Source of the DNA: Cenococcum geophilum
Lineage: Eukaryota
Assembly (NCBI GenBank): GCA_050273025.1
Contig: CP158635.1
Coordinates: 14,384,001 to 14,448,000 of the forward strand
Direction: 5' to 3'
Length of the DNA: 64,000 bases
In this document: piece by piece, positions 61,905 through 64,000 of the stretch
How positions within the stretch are numbered: position 1 is the stretch's first letter
How the letters are laid out: each line of letters begins with the position of its first letter
Made by a program: the position numbers and the translations under genes
Notes under the pieces: generated by a model
Seen by the model: the letters and a program-made list of their open reading frames with translations, nothing else
Told to the model about the DNA's origin: nothing
Database searches by the model: none

Positions 61905-64000
61905 GCTGCGAGGCACAGGCGACTCGTATACAACTCGCCTATGAGGCACATGCAGAGCACGTGCCCCTAGGGAAACCCCTTACCTCGCACCTCAGACTCC
62001 TCCTTCTCCCTTAAGGATTCGTCTACTTATATAATATACCCTATTGTTCTATTATTAGACTCCCTATCCACATTCTTACCTTATAATCTCGTACTTAACT
62101 AATATAGGGTTAGGTAAGGTCTGTGTAGCCTCTTTATTAGAAACCTTTTTTAGGTCTATATATTCCTGCGGAATCTTTAGTTCCTTAACTACGTATAGCT
62201 AGATATCCAAAAATAAATACCTTATATCTTTATTCTCGGGGTTAAGAGTAGCATATATAGTATATGCCCACCCTTCTTCTTATATATAGCTTAGGAAAGT
62301 CTCTTAATCCTTAACTATCCCTTCGCACGTTGGTTTGCGTCCTACGGTATCGATAAGGGCCTGGCCAATAAGAGGCGCCCGTTGGGCGCCCGTGTGTACG
62401 ATATTCCTAGGCTTGGCGCCAAGTGTAGGACTCCAACGTGCGAAGGGATAATACGCGATTAAGACTTCTAGTGTTAATACAAGGCTAAAGGCCAATTAAT
62501 ATTTGGGTTAACTTAGCAAAGCTATAGGTATCCTAAAATAAGGTTATACCCCTTAATTTCTGCGGCGTAGAAGCGTATCTCCTATATATCCTATAGACCG
62601 TCGCGGTCCTAGCTAGCAACGGGAAATATTTATTCCCCGTAGCACGGAATCTAATAGCCTCCAATATTTTAAACGGTGCGCACCTATAAGCCGCTAAGGT
62701 CCAAATCTAATTCTTTTACTAGTAATTAAGAAATAAACCCTATACTCGCGCTACTGTCCATAAAGCAATCTCGCGTCACCTATTTATTATTAACTTAAAT
62801 AGAGACAGGAATAACTATGCGGTAGTTTATTCCCTCCTTCTTTAGCTGGCCTAGTATAAGGGAGTAAAGATCTACTAGGCTATCTTTTTTCCTAATTAGG
62901 CCGACTCTTACTTCTTTTACCGGTAGAAGCGGCTTATATAGCCCTTTTTGCCGCAGTTATAATAGGTGCGTGTCTCCCAGTTCCCCTTCTATAGATTAGG
63001 TCTCTGCCTATTATTATTTTAGAGTTAACCAGCGTTGCTCTAGGGCTGCGAGGCCTGCTCACGTTATCCTTCCGCAGAGCGGTTAGGTCGGGATCTGCCC
63101 CTATTATTAAAGCTAGGTCTAGTCCTACGCTCTTTATTATTAGCGTCTCGTTCCTTTTACTTGCCTAAATAGTCTCTTTTAGTATTCTTAATCCAAGTAG
63201 CTTTAGAGATAAGCTTTTCTTAAGAGGTAGGAATTTCGCCCTTTTCTTATATAGCCTGTTAAATCTTAGGTTATAGCTTAGCAAGTAGCTAGTGAAGTCG
63301 TATAGCGTCATCCTATAGGTCTAAGTAGGGTATATTGTCTTTTAGTTCTTCTAAGTAGTTTATAAACTAGACCACAGTCTAACTATCCCACTGTTTAGCG
63401 TTGTGGTATCGCTAGTTATAGTCTATCCCTTAATTAGTAGGGTCTTGGACCTAATTAACCAACTAGGTCCTAAGTTCGCTAAATTTAAGGGGTGTAGTAA
63501 GTTTCTTTTTATAGCGTATCTATAAACTCTTAACGGTACCATATAGAAAGGTAGAAGTAATTAGTGTCTAATTATATTTATTAGAGTAACGTTTCGGATC
63601 CAGCTAAAACTTAGTTTTGTATTAATGGATAAAATAATTACAGTTCCAGAGACTATCACTATAGTACTTATTAGGCTCCTTTATACGGAATTTAGGTTTT
63701 TCTAATATTATAGCGTAGTATGGCGTTACCCCTTTAAGTCCGCTTTGTATTTAGGGTGTCTATACTTCTCCTAACTGTCCTTATAATTATTCTTAGTAGT
63801 CCTAATATACTTATCTTAATTATATCTCCAACTCTTTTGTTTTTTATAGGGTCTCACATAGCGACCACTTTAATAACTCCCTAGCGGTAATCGTTTCTAA
63901 GGGTCTTGTAAGGTTAAACGGACTAGCCGTAGCTTCTTTATAGGAAGAGGGAATACGCTCCTCTAGGGAGACTCTCTAAGCCTCTTACGGTAGGGGCGTT

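Larger units (their letters stand above)
55925..62085 (+). mobile_element. Internally deleted Gypsy derivative (element X) inserted in the pol of the outer element
   Basis: 5' LTR 55925-56138; 3' LTR 60007-60044 plus 61910-62085; PPT AAAGGGGGGGG; perfect target duplication ATCTC. Gag-like relic from about 56200, protease-like relic at about 58100-58160; no RT core or integrase recognised. Confidence 0.88.
50478..64000 (-). mobile_element. RIP-mutated chromodomain-bearing Ty3/Gypsy element (3' LTR 50478-50740), running off the window and interrupted at 55925-62085
   Basis: Gag knuckle YYNCGKKGY (~62960), protease (~62650), IPQEY...PPFKPLYSL in frame across the insertion, RT YLVMPFRLTNA and YLNN (RIP of YLDD), RNase H, integrase AILVIVNR/IISNRG, chromodomain EWNIEDIL...FLVY*EGY...S*EP (~52800-52900), PPT AAAAGGGGAGG next to a TG...CA LTR. 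Confidence 0.9.

Noticed and set aside
26000..64000. Starship or other giant mobile element carrying the accessory island
   Set aside because: No tyrosine-recombinase captain gene or element boundaries are visible in this window.

Overview
Filamentous ascomycete (Pezizomycotina) nuclear DNA: short GT-AG introns with CTRAC branch points and transposons mutated by repeat-induced point mutation (RIP). 1-25 kb is a compact housekeeping block: PUS1, TFA1, SRP72, POP3, a large USP34/USP24-like deubiquitinase, SIN1/AVO1, a PRCC-like gene and a SET-domain gene. 26-37 kb holds a stack of MITEs, Copia, pogo and Gypsy relics and a HET-domain pseudogene. 37-49 kb is an island of intact accessory genes: a cerato-platanin, a cupredoxin-like surface protein, and a divergent pair of an ent-kaurene-oxidase-like P450 and a bifunctional CPS/KS-type diterpene synthase, whose shared promoter holds nested foldback elements. 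49-64 kb is an AT-rich nest of RIP-mutated retroelements. Two observations stand out. (i) A chromodomain Gypsy element carries, between pol and its 3' LTR, an antisense two-intron gene relic with a variant Zn2Cys6-like cluster. (ii) A minimal two-gene diterpenoid module sits between TE blocks. All calls come from manual reading and motif recall; no database searches were run.
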